Notes under the pieces: model-generated
Databases searched by the model: none
The model's input: the letters and a program-made list of their open reading frames with translations, nothing else
Told to the model about the DNA's origin: nothing
Translations under genes and position numbers: made by a program
DNA from: Candidatus Latescibacterota bacterium
GTDB lineage: Bacteria > Latescibacterota > UBA2968 > GCA-2709665
Assembly: GCA_963667175.2 (NCBI GenBank)
Contig: CAXXXF010000004.1
Location: 224,001 to 288,000 of the forward strand
Direction: 5' to 3'
DNA length: 64,000 bases
In this document: positions 1 to 8,892 of the stretch, piece by piece
How positions within the stretch are numbered: the stretch's first letter is position 1
How the letters are laid out: each line of letters begins with the position of its first letter

Positions 1-98
1 TCAATAAAGAGTGGAAATAGCTCTGCTCCTTCCTCCTTCGCTATCACGCTCACAAGAGTTGAATCAAATCCACCCGATACAAGAGTCACGATCCGCAA
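1..98 (-). CDS. QueC-like (7-cyano-7-deazaguanine synthase / PP-loop) protein, N-terminus only; runs off the window
   Basis: Hand translation from TTG at 98: MRIVTLVSGGFDSTLVSVIAKEEGAELFPLFI(D). Contains the SGGxDS PP-loop. AGGAGG RBS 9 nt upstream. Overlaps the end of the OGG gene. Not in the ORF track. Confidence 0.8.
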   Translation of the reverse strand, partial: MRIVTLVSGGFDSTLVSVIAKEEGAELFPLFI

Positions 99-777
99 TT
101 TTGGATTCCTCCTTTGCCACTCTTATTACAATCCAGACTGCAAGGTCGAATTGGTCAGGCGAGTATCCGAACGCACAGGCATGTTCGATAAAGGCGCTTT
201 CCAACGCTTCGTATTCGCACAGATTCGAAATCGATTTGAACGATGAGCCTGTAATTCCTACCCAACGCAAATAAGTCAGAACATGCACATCCAAGATCGC
301 AATGTACTTTGCAAAACAAATGTTGCGGAGAAATAGACTTGCCTGTTTCGGTCCCAGACCTGGAACCTCTCGCACTAGCAGTCTTCGAGCGCTGCAAACG
401 TCTTCTGAATCATCTAACAGGCTGAGTATTGACCCTCGTGTAATGTATATGTATTCTGCTGCCCGCCGAATCTGATTGGCACGGACGCGAAAAAAGGGAT
501 AACCTCCCGTTAGTGCTGCTAAAGTGTCCACTTCAAATTGATTAAAACAAGTGCGTGGCTGCGGTCGCGACAACAGACACATACTGCTCATGCGTTCGAT
601 GGCTGCATTAACAGCCTTGACTCTTACCCGACTACCCAGGATACATGACACAAGCTCCCTCCACAGTTCATCTTCGCTATGGATTCTCCAGGACACGGGC
701 GGGCGTTCTTCTAATGTGTTGCACACATCGCGGATCGCTTGTTCGATAGATAGTAGCGTGAAATTTTTCGTCGCCAT
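64..777 (-). CDS. N-glycosylase/DNA lyase (archaeal-type OGG, HhH family); Cap11-like
   Basis: HhH motif VPGLGPKQASLFLRN...AILDVHVL. ATG at 777 with GAAGGAG RBS, just after the upstream stop at 779. Confidence 0.82.
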   Translation of the reverse strand: MATKNFTLLSIEQAIRDVCNTLEERPPVSWRIHSEDELWRELVSCILGSRVRVKAVNAAIERMSSMCLLSRPQPRTCFNQFEVDTLAALTGGYPFFRVRANQIRRAAEYIYITRGSILSLLDDSEDVCSARRLLVREVPGLGPKQASLFLRNICFAKYIAILDVHVLTYLRWVGITGSSFKSISNLCEYEALESAFIEHACAFGYSPDQFDLAVWIVIRVAKEESKIADRDSCIGWI

Positions 778-778
778 G

Positions 779-1843
779 CTATTGAACTCCTTCGATAGCA
801 GGCAATAGCAGATCCAATTGTTCCTTAGTTGCATACTTTTGGACGAACGATTCAACTCTTCCGGTATACAGTGCTTCCTGAAACCCTACCATAAACTCGC
901 GATAAAAAACCAGATTGTGCATTAAGACAGATTGGACGTACGGTAGTACGGGAGATTGACCCCACTCTGTTTGGTTTCGGATCAGATCCCATTGCTGGAA
1001 ATGTAACAGCCTGCCATTCTCGTGATCAACGACTGCCTGACACCATTCCAATCCATCAAAACTATCGGCTCCCGCCAATGTGTAGGCAATGATTGAAATC
1101 GGATTTCCGGTTCCAAGCAGGTGAAGCGGGCAATAGAAGCCTAATGCGTTTAACGCTACTCGGATTCTCCGTACGGTGCGAATCCGATCGAGAATTCCCT
1201 CACCTAAATCTCGTTCCGCGACAGCCAACAATAAAGGGTAGAGCTTTTCCGCTGTTAAACGCGCCGCATCAGGCAATTCTTCTGCGTTGCCATGGACTAT
1301 CGGAAGCACTGTTGTCTGTGCATTCTCCTGATCTCTTGTTACACCGGCCACGACATCGTCGGCGATCGATTTCGGAGAGTCAGGTGGCTTCAGGTTATCA
1401 AAACAGAAGCAGAGATCGTGTTGATAGGATTGCACGACCTTATGAAAATCAGCCGGTCCCCAATCGGAATCTTGTTTCCAATAGCTTTCGTAGTTTCCGC
1501 TATCAATAAGTACAACGGCACCGCTTTCTATACGTCTATTAAGGGCAGTTTCCATGCGAGGGCGCTGATCATCAGGACAATTGGCTAAATCATATGCAGA
1601 AGCTAAAAACAGTGGATGACCAGTAACGGTCAGAAAGTCAGCGTAACTGACCGGCGATAGGCTTGTCTTCACGCTCGAAACTGAAGGAAAGAAACAGGGT
1701 ACTTGAACGGTTGTCTCAGCGACGTATAACTCCTGGCTTCGTTCGATTGCCGTAGAGGATTCGACGTTTAGGTATTTGGCTCCATTGCAATGTTGGATTG
1801 TCATCTTAATCATCCTTGATTGCTTGAATCTGAAGAACGCCAC
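779..1843 (-). CDS. tRNA-guanine transglycosylase (TGT)-like protein; Cap10-like
   Basis: Motifs LIDSGNYES, FCFD, LPIVHG, LHLLGTGNP, GADSFDG, HNL, typical of the TGT barrel. The start may be 1804 (MTIQHC). Confidence 0.8.
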   Translation of the reverse strand: MAFFRFKQSRMIKMTIQHCNGAKYLNVESSTAIERSQELYVAETTVQVPCFFPSVSSVKTSLSPVSYADFLTVTGHPLFLASAYDLANCPDDQRPRMETALNRRIESGAVVLIDSGNYESYWKQDSDWGPADFHKVVQSYQHDLCFCFDNLKPPDSPKSIADDVVAGVTRDQENAQTTVLPIVHGNAEELPDAARLTAEKLYPLLLAVAERDLGEGILDRIRTVRRIRVALNALGFYCPLHLLGTGNPISIIAYTLAGADSFDGLEWCQAVVDHENGRLLHFQQWDLIRNQTEWGQSPVLPYVQSVLMHNLVFYREFMVGFQEALYTGRVESFVQKYATKEQLDLLLPAIEGVQ

Positions 1844-1892
1844 GTAAGACTTCTGTCCATCGAAGAGTAAGTTTCGGAACAGAATACTGACT

Positions 1893-2852
1893 TTACGCCA
1901 TTTCTTCGCCCGCGTGGGTCGGACCGAAATTTACATTTCGGCGTACACACCACATAGTGTGCTCACGAGAAATGGTCTGCTCGACCTGCTCCACGAGCTC
2001 GAGAAAAACAGCCTCTTCCATTGCATCCAACGCGATTGTTTCCTGATCCCCAAGTTCCTGGGCGGCGAGCGAATAGGACTGAGCCAACTCATTGTAGCGC
2101 TTCATTTGACTCCAGGCGACAGCGGAAGCAGCGCAAGTCATTAACAACGGGACCACGTTTAATGGTAAGCCACTCGAACACGCCTGAATAATTGCAAGAG
2201 CAATGGCGGAAATCTGTAGAACAACAACTGTCCAGTACCAACGGATTTCCTTTCTTGAATTGAAGATGGCTTTATTTGAATACCAGGTCTTTTGATCGCG
2301 AAGCCGCGACTCAAGATATAGGTTCCGCCGTTCACCCACGGATTTCCGACGAATTTCATTCATAAGACCACTAACGGATTGAGCATTTGGATCGAGATTT
2401 TGCGCCAAATCCGTCGGGCTGGACGGTCTCGCTCCTCTTATTTGCTGAAGTTTCTCAAGAAATGATTGCTCAGATGTGCTGTCATCCTTGAATGGTTCAG
2501 CCTTCATCATGAATCGCCATGTGGCGGTCTTTGTTGACTCAGCAATCGCCCGACAGTCAAACCAAACTTCCTCATCCCGACGGACGCGGGATGTCAGAGT
2601 AAGAAAAATGCCAATTGTCAGAACGATCGCTAAAAGAACGTAGGTCCATGTGGCGACGATTGGAAATATTGTCGTCATGGCGACACTAACGCTCCCCAAG
2701 ATAAGACAGAATAAATGCCATCGATGAAAGTGAATATAGCGCCGCTGTGCCGAGATTGAGGATCGATCGGCACTCTGGTATAGTCCCGGAAAGTGTTCGT
2801 CTTCAACAATCGTTGGCGCTGATTCCTGCTGGTTATTCCCGTCATTGACCAT
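1893..2852 (-). CDS. SLATT/DUF4231-type membrane effector (two 2TM SLATT-like domains)
   Basis: PGLYQSADRSS..AQRRY, WFDCRAIAESTKTATWRF, QKTWY and EHTMW motifs with two hydrophobic hairpins. GGAGG RBS before ATG 2852. Confidence 0.8.
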   Translation of the reverse strand: MVNDGNNQQESAPTIVEDEHFPGLYQSADRSSISAQRRYIHFHRWHLFCLILGSVSVAMTTIFPIVATWTYVLLAIVLTIGIFLTLTSRVRRDEEVWFDCRAIAESTKTATWRFMMKAEPFKDDSTSEQSFLEKLQQIRGARPSSPTDLAQNLDPNAQSVSGLMNEIRRKSVGERRNLYLESRLRDQKTWYSNKAIFNSRKEIRWYWTVVVLQISAIALAIIQACSSGLPLNVVPLLMTCAASAVAWSQMKRYNELAQSYSLAAQELGDQETIALDAMEEAVFLELVEQVEQTISREHTMWCVRRNVNFGPTHAGEEMA

Positions 2853-2961
2853 CAAAATGCCTCCGAAAATCTGTGTTTTATCATCACACGTCTGTTCTTG
2901 AAGAAAATCGGTTTCGTGTGTCTAACGTTGCCCTGTCGTGCCGTCTAAAACTCAGTCCGAT

Positions 2962-3051
2962 CAGCCTCATCCGCCCAGTAATAAGGTGCAGTATCACTCC
3001 CTGTTTGACAGAACGGATCCTGCCCCGGCACAACTCCACCAAGGCGATCTC
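2962..3051 (-). pseudogene. degenerate relic of an hsdS 3' end
   Basis: EIALVELCRGRIRSVKQGVILHLITGRMRL aligns ungapped with the HsdS tail EIAALERRRKKVRAVKHGMMEQLLSGRVRL (14/30 identical by hand count). Confidence 0.65.
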
Positions 3052-3074
3052 AACAAGCTTAATGAAATCGTGGA

Positions 3075-3851
3075 CTATCCCGAGATGCTCTCGCTTAGAA
3101 AGCGCGTAATCCTCTCCTGATTTGCAGTGAGGCTGGAGAATTGCTTCTCGCAGACGTCGCTGAAGCGCGCCAACACCTTGCGATTAATCGACTCTTGGTC
3201 TTCGAAAATGGCGAGTGAACCGAACGGTATTTCCCACCGTTCAAATTGAAGGAGCGCGATCGTTGCGTCGCGGGTCCTGCCATCGCTCGCGAGCGCATGA
3301 ACGAATAACGGCCGCTGCATACCGTTGACTCGACAGTCCACGGTATACATTCCTTGAGGATCCCGTTCAGGATCGTTCCAGTCAAAACTCCGACGATTTT
3401 CCGGGACGGCGCCAGTCATCACCGTACGAAAATCGTCCATAAATGTGGAACTGACCCTTGCCCGAGATAAGTACGAAACGTCGGATATCTTGAGTAGCCC
3501 CTGAACGAACGAATACAGTGCGTCACCGTAACGTTCCTCCGGCACGTCAAGTATCAACTCTCCGTCACGATCCTCGATCTGAAACATGGAAAGTGTATTT
3601 GAAATGATTTTTTGACGCGTGCCACCATGGAGATCCTTCTCATCGATGTCGTATGTCAGATGCATGTACGTATGCGCTTCATCGGAAAGCACCCAACGTG
3701 TACCGTCCTTCCTTAAAACGATGTCCAGATGATCGCCGTCGTCGAACATGAACGGGGTAAACACGCGGAAGCGTTCCATACCCTCGGCCGCAAGCCGAAT
3801 CTGAGCCGAGACCTTCTCGTGAAAGTCTCGCTCTATGGTCTCAAAGGACAT
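3075..3851 (-). CDS. DUF1828/DUF1829-like protein
   Basis: N-terminal pattern VFTPFMFDDGDHLDI..LSDEAHT. The C-terminal domain resembles a restriction-endonuclease-like fold. Confidence 0.65.
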   Translation of the reverse strand: MSFETIERDFHEKVSAQIRLAAEGMERFRVFTPFMFDDGDHLDIVLRKDGTRWVLSDEAHTYMHLTYDIDEKDLHGGTRQKIISNTLSMFQIEDRDGELILDVPEERYGDALYSFVQGLLKISDVSYLSRARVSSTFMDDFRTVMTGAVPENRRSFDWNDPERDPQGMYTVDCRVNGMQRPLFVHALASDGRTRDATIALLQFERWEIPFGSLAIFEDQESINRKVLARFSDVCEKQFSSLTANQERITRFLSESISG

Positions 3852-3854
3852 TGC

Positions 3855-4337
3855 TTACACCTCCTCGAAAAGGTCAACTTGGAGGTCCGGCGGTAACACA
3901 AGATTCACATCGGAAATCAGACAACGAAGGGCACCGTGATAGTCTCCGAAACGGTCGGTTGGATCGGCGTACGCATCCTCCCTGGTTCCGAGTTCCTGAT
4001 ACCTCTCCGTGGCAACATGAATGTGAAAATCATAGAATTTCACGCCTTCAATGCGGTTCGAATGTTCTTGGCTCTTGCCATTATAGCGCCGGAGGCGGAA
4101 GAGTTGATTTGATCCCGGAACTCGAACAGCCAGAATAACTGAGAAGTCGAGCGGATTGATCTTATTCTGCCTGAGAATCAGACGATACTCGCTCCCCGCA
4201 TCACCTGCTAAATCAAGGTGTTGTTCTTCGTGGCCACGCTTGGACTTTAGACGAATCCGGGTGCGCCAATCTGGAGGCAGGAGCTTGCGCTCTTGTATCA
4301 ACGACTCTATCTCATGATCCGAAAACGTTACCGCCAT
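3855..4337 (-). CDS. hypothetical protein, DUF6978-like
   Basis: LRRYNGKSQEHSN...FHIH His motif. Lies 3 nt from the DUF1828 gene. Confidence 0.55.
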   Translation of the reverse strand: MAVTFSDHEIESLIQERKLLPPDWRTRIRLKSKRGHEEQHLDLAGDAGSEYRLILRQNKINPLDFSVILAVRVPGSNQLFRLRRYNGKSQEHSNRIEGVKFYDFHIHVATERYQELGTREDAYADPTDRFGDYHGALRCLISDVNLVLPPDLQVDLFEEV

Positions 4338-4379
4338 AACGATTACAATTCGATGGCCCACACCTGGCCGAAGAGTAGG

Positions 4380-4703
4380 CGCCGCATCCTTTGTACGTCT
4401 CGGACAACCGAAGCCGTTTTGGAGATCAATCCTATGTCGCGGAACTTTTCATAGCACAGGGACGAAACCCTGATTCCAGGTTTCCTGTCGCAACCGCTCC
4501 ACTTGCCGAGTAGATGGGATTTCCGCATCCAGCTTGAAGTAGACCGCGAGGGACGACTCACTCAGCCACAAGGCGTCCAGAGAGAACTCTCGAGCCTTAC
4601 ACATTGTACGGGCATCTTGGTCCAGTTAGACACCATGCGCGGGTTCACCATTCGCCAGATAGCCAGTTGCTTCAGGAACTTCGCCTAAGGATTGGGCGAT
4701 CAT
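4380..4703 (-). pseudogene. decayed N-terminus of a probable N-6 DNA methylase / fused RM protein
   Basis: GAGGG RBS, ATG 4703: MIAQSLGEVPEATGYLANGEPAHGV*LDQDAR...LDALWLSESSLAVYFK...QETWNQGFVPVL*KVPRHRIDLQNGFG. In-frame stops at 4628 and 4451. The family is recalled from the WN.GF.P.LW...IDL.NGF pattern. Confidence 0.5.
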
Positions 4704-5196
4704 CTAGCACCCTCACAAAGTCACAAATCACAATGAGACGATATATCCACTATTATACGTTATTACGGTCCTAGCATTCAACAAAATCCGCAATTACTGT
4801 GGTTCCACACCAAATCCAGTTCTCTATCACGGTGCAGGAAAGTCGATGAGGAATAATGTCAAAGCACGATTCGGGACGTGACAAAATGGAACACCAACGA
4901 CAATTAAACCAGTTACGGATGAATCGTGCATGGGATTGCGCGAAGATATGGCAAACTTCACACTACTGATTGGTCTGGGTAGATCGTGTATAACGTGTGA
5001 GATTGGCGTGTGGCGTGTGTTCGTGAAGCGCTGTACGCAAGATCGCCCACGCTTTCTCGTCGATTCAAAGGTCGTACTCAGCCGCGCGGACGTGCAGTCG
5101 GTGCTCAAAGTCTTCGCTTACGTCAATGTAATCTACGTCTCCTACAATGGCGACAAGGGTCAGCCGGCGAGGAGTAAAATTGCCCGATTGGACTCA

Positions 5197-6078
5197 TCAG
5201 TCTGCTTGCCTTTTTGAATTGGTTTCATAGAGATTTTCGGTGATTGCGCCTCGGAATATCTCTTCGTTGAGAAATTGCAAAACCTTTTTCGCCCTAGGCT
5301 TTTCCGAAGGGAAGACAATCTTGTCCTCTGAGATGTGAATATCGACGTCGTATCGAGCGGAACGCTCTCTGATTTCCCCGGCGGAATATTGATCAAGCAC
5401 CCCTGAATCCTTGAGCATAGCGAACCGCTTTCGGAACCATTGATTGGCTCCCATCACTAAGGAGTCCGGGTTTTGCGTTGCCAGCAGTTCGTGCCCCAAC
5501 ACGTCGCGAATCTCCTGATCCGACGCCTCCTTATAAAAGTCCTCTAAAGGAAGAAACGTGTTGACGGTACGGTAATTCCGAAACAACAGCTTACGTTCAT
5601 TCGGCAGATACACTGCTGCCAGTTTGTCATCAAGTGTAATCCCGGGATCTTGGATGGTCTTGTAGGTATTTTTCTCTAGAAACAGAAAACGCCCTGGTCG
5701 AATCAAATGCGAGCGGTTAAAATTCTGAAACAATACTATCTCCGCGCTTCCGCCACTTCGGGCAAAAGCCACGACTCCCTTGATGGATTCGATCAGCGTC
5801 TCATTGCTGCTGATTCTTTCAAGATTCGGAACTGTCTGACTGTCTTCGTATACAATCCAAGGTGGAGGGGTGTAATCATCTAAACAGAAACACTCATGCT
5901 CCTCCGGAGTGTAACCCGCATTGAAGTCGATTTCCTGAATTTCTAAAACGAATCTTCGGTACTGGTCTTGCCAATTCTCAGCGAGGTCGATCTGTAGGTC
6001 TTGATACAGAGGAATCGAGAGCAGGTTTGGACTTGTGCCCTGCTTTGCAATTACAGCAAGTTGGAAGTTTTCAAGCAT
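5197..6078 (-). CDS. kwaB: Kiwa anti-phage protein KwaB-like (DUF4868)
   Basis: ILFQNF..., GITLDDKLAAVY...KLLFRNY and LQFLNEEIFRGAITENLYETNSK tail. Overlaps the upstream membrane gene. Confidence 0.78.
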   Translation of the reverse strand: MLENFQLAVIAKQGTSPNLLSIPLYQDLQIDLAENWQDQYRRFVLEIQEIDFNAGYTPEEHECFCLDDYTPPPWIVYEDSQTVPNLERISSNETLIESIKGVVAFARSGGSAEIVLFQNFNRSHLIRPGRFLFLEKNTYKTIQDPGITLDDKLAAVYLPNERKLLFRNYRTVNTFLPLEDFYKEASDQEIRDVLGHELLATQNPDSLVMGANQWFRKRFAMLKDSGVLDQYSAGEIRERSARYDVDIHISEDKIVFPSEKPRAKKVLQFLNEEIFRGAITENLYETNSKRQAD

Positions 6079-6610
6079 CCGGCTCTCCTATATGTAGAAA
6101 GATATTCAAAGCGAGTCCAACCGTTTGGACTTCTCTTTCAGGTCTTCGCAAATCAACTCTGCTGATCAGAAGACTAGACACCCCACGCTTGTCTTTTACA
6201 GCGTAGAAGCGATAGCCAAACAACAGACGCATGACGGGATTAAAATGAAAGGCGCCGGCTTGCGCAATTGCTACTACGATGATTAGTAAAATATAGATGC
6301 TCGTTAGCGACTCGCTGGCAAACGTCGAATTTTCGGATCGGACAAAGGGCAACAAATAAATAAACAGGAATGTAAGAACCTCCTGATCCTTGCTTTCAAA
6401 TTCCTTAATGTAGAATGAGTGTTTTTGTGCTTTCTTCGCAGCGTTTCTCAAGAGCGCCCAACAAAGAGCAACCAAAACTATCGCAGCCAAGAACCACCAT
6501 ATCCAACTCGTCCATGGCTCGCAACGCTCGAATTGACTGATGGCCACGGCGCCGAGGACTGGAGATAAAGATGTTGATACCAACAGACACTTGGCAAGGA
6601 AGCTCAGCAT
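6071..6610 (-). CDS. kwaA: Kiwa anti-phage membrane protein KwaA-like
   Basis: About 4 TM segments, with LTFLFIYLLPF and FHFNPVMRLLFGYRFY motifs. Start overlaps the hsdS stop. Confidence 0.78.
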   Translation of the reverse strand: MLSFLAKCLLVSTSLSPVLGAVAISQFERCEPWTSWIWWFLAAIVLVALCWALLRNAAKKAQKHSFYIKEFESKDQEVLTFLFIYLLPFVRSENSTFASESLTSIYILLIIVVAIAQAGAFHFNPVMRLLFGYRFYAVKDKRGVSSLLISRVDLRRPEREVQTVGLALNIFLHIGEPDA

Positions 6611-7980
6611 GCTGGATTTTCCTTAGTAGGTGTTGGCAGATCCAGCCGTACCCGCCCGGATAAAAGTTGCTCCATCATCCCGTGCTTGACGGCACGAACT
6701 TTTTTTCTCCGTCGCTCCAACGCTGCGATCTCAGCATCCATATCGGAAAGGACAGTTGCGATGGCTCTTTGTTCGGTGTAGTTGGGAACAGAAAGTTCCA
6801 TAGACGCCATATCTCGGTTGCCTATTTCCAGAAATGTTGATCCAATTGCGCGCTCCAACATCCGAGACTTGAGCGTCAAGAGCACGTAATACAGAAACTC
6901 ACTCGAAACATCTGCTTTGCAGACGAGCGACTTAAACCCTTGGTTTGTGCATACTGGCGATATACTGATCTTAATCTCTCCGATGGTTGCGCGGCTGCAG
7001 AGCAGTAGGGAACCAGCAGGAAGCAGCCTCGCCCCGCAACTTGCCAATCCTTCCTCAGTGACACTCCGATGCGTCGCAACGAGGTACTTCTCACGCGTGG
7101 CCGTGATATCGGTGGGCGTACACCACGGAATCGGCCCGTTCCAATAGGCACCAATTTGAGTACTTGGCGTTGCTCCGCCGATAATGTCTGCGACTCTTCC
7201 GACCGTTGTCGTCTCCCACTCCCCGCAGAATCCCGGCAACCGAGTCTTGCCGGTAAGGAGTTGTTGCATCGCCGCTTGCTTGATGGCTCGTTTTTTGGCA
7301 ATCAGCGCTTCCAGCGTCGTAAGCAACCCATCCACATCCGACAACGCCTCGGCGATGGCGCGTTGTTCGGCCACAGGGGGGAGAAATGCACGGACGTTCC
7401 TGATTGACTGCTTTGATATTCCAAAGACCTTTAGACCAGTGGCGAGGCGACGCAATTGTTCCTTTGCCGGCCCATTCTCTAGAAGAAATCCGCGATAGCC
7501 ATATTGGACTCGCATGTCCTTTGATCTGAGCAGGAATGTATGCAATCCTGAAACTGCTTCAGCCGTACCAAGGTTTCGAATTTCGACGCTCTTACCTACA
7601 CCAATTTCGTCTTCGGAGGCATCTGCGACGACTAGATCGCCATCTCTAAGCCGGGTGGCTTTAACACTCTTGCCGCGCAAAAGATATGGTACATCTTCTC
7701 GGGAAAAGTCGATAACATGATCAAATCGGGTATGGATGTCGCCGTAATGTATATACGCCGTTTGCCCGGACTCTCCTAGATCGGCTCTAGAATTGGATGC
7801 AGTACTTTGGAAGTCGAAAAGTTCGCCAATGGAGAATACGGACCAATCATCGGGAATCACTCCCCATTCGGTTCGAGTGTAACCCTCGGGTGGATCATTC
7901 GATGGGGCAAATCCGGGTTCACTTTCTCTGCCCGAATGATCGGATATACTGTTCATCAAATTAACCCTTCGTGCGACCAC
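6604..7980 (-). CDS. hsdS: type I restriction-modification specificity subunit S
   Basis: Two TRDs with conserved spacers PPVAEQRAIAEALSDVD and EQRAIATVLSDMDAEIAALE. Confidence 0.95.
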   Translation of the reverse strand: MVARRVNLMNSISDHSGRESEPGFAPSNDPPEGYTRTEWGVIPDDWSVFSIGELFDFQSTASNSRADLGESGQTAYIHYGDIHTRFDHVIDFSREDVPYLLRGKSVKATRLRDGDLVVADASEDEIGVGKSVEIRNLGTAEAVSGLHTFLLRSKDMRVQYGYRGFLLENGPAKEQLRRLATGLKVFGISKQSIRNVRAFLPPVAEQRAIAEALSDVDGLLTTLEALIAKKRAIKQAAMQQLLTGKTRLPGFCGEWETTTVGRVADIIGGATPSTQIGAYWNGPIPWCTPTDITATREKYLVATHRSVTEEGLASCGARLLPAGSLLLCSRATIGEIKISISPVCTNQGFKSLVCKADVSSEFLYYVLLTLKSRMLERAIGSTFLEIGNRDMASMELSVPNYTEQRAIATVLSDMDAEIAALERRRKKVRAVKHGMMEQLLSGRVRLDLPTPTKENPAC

Positions 7981-8025
7981 TGCCTAGTAATGAACACACG
8001 CGGTCTGCAACCCGCTCACACTGGA

Positions 8026-8871
8026 CTATCGGCGACACAATTCCGCTATTATCGCCGCATTTTCGCCGAGTTGATCGCTGAATTTCTGGTACATTCCCAC
8101 CAAGAGAATATCGTTGGGTTTGACATTAGCGAGTGTATATGCGAATTCCTCCCGAATCCGGTTTCTCGAGCCGATAGCGCGTCCGGCCGCGAGGACTTTG
8201 AAGACAATGCATGGTTTGGCGATATTGCGAATGATGGCACACATGCGGTCGCGGTGTTCGCGGAGGTAGATTTCGCCGAGGGGCGCATAGCCGAATTTTT
8301 GTTCGAATTCCTCCTGGGCGCCCTGCAGATAATAGAGCGCGGTCATGTAATAGTCGATATCCCAATCTTCTTCTTCCGCGATTTCGATGACGCGGGGATT
8401 GTGGACCGACAACCCGACCATGACGCCGTTGTCACGAATCCGCTTCAGAATATCTTGAAGATGGTCGAGGCGGTTCTCCTGCAGGCATCGTCCCGCAACA
8501 CCGCTTCCGTGCGGCGCCATTCCGATGGGTTCATGCGTGGCGGCTTCGTCGATCAGCGAGGGATCGTCGTACCAGTTTCCGCCCCCGCTGAGACAGAAGT
8601 AATGAATAGCGCCTCCCTCGTCGCGATATCGTCGAAGATCGGCCGCCGATCGTTCGGTAAGCGTATTTTGCCAGGCGTTTACTCCCACTTCTTCCGCGCG
8701 GCGGAGGGTTGCCATAACCTGGTCCGACGAATTAGCTTCTCTCTGATGCTCTGAGAGCAACTGATTGAAGTGTGAATACCCATAGATCGGATTGTCGCCC
8801 ATGATAAGCCGGCTGATCCGATATTTCCCGAATGGAACTGTTGGAAGTCTTACTGTATCCAATGTTGACAC
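8026..8871 (-). CDS. aldo/keto reductase-fold hypothetical protein
   Basis: LPTVPFGKYRISRLIMGDN, VGLSVHNP and IVFKVLAAGR, an AKR-like barrel pattern. Confidence 0.65.
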   Translation of the reverse strand: MSTLDTVRLPTVPFGKYRISRLIMGDNPIYGYSHFNQLLSEHQREANSSDQVMATLRRAEEVGVNAWQNTLTERSAADLRRYRDEGGAIHYFCLSGGGNWYDDPSLIDEAATHEPIGMAPHGSGVAGRCLQENRLDHLQDILKRIRDNGVMVGLSVHNPRVIEIAEEEDWDIDYYMTALYYLQGAQEEFEQKFGYAPLGEIYLREHRDRMCAIIRNIAKPCIVFKVLAAGRAIGSRNRIREEFAYTLANVKPNDILLVGMYQKFSDQLGENAAIIAELCRR

Positions 8872-8892
8872 GCTGTGTCTCCTCTGCCCCTT

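Noticed and set aside
779-1843. Dpd DNA-modification system or housekeeping queuosine tgt
   Set aside because: No dpdB-K, folE, queD or queE in view, and no C-terminal Zn-binding CxCxxC. The OGG/SLATT context fits type IV CBASS better.
4827-5217. Small ORFs 4827-5108 and 4930-5217
   Set aside because: No recognisable motif or clear RBS. They overlap on opposite strands in a decayed spacer.
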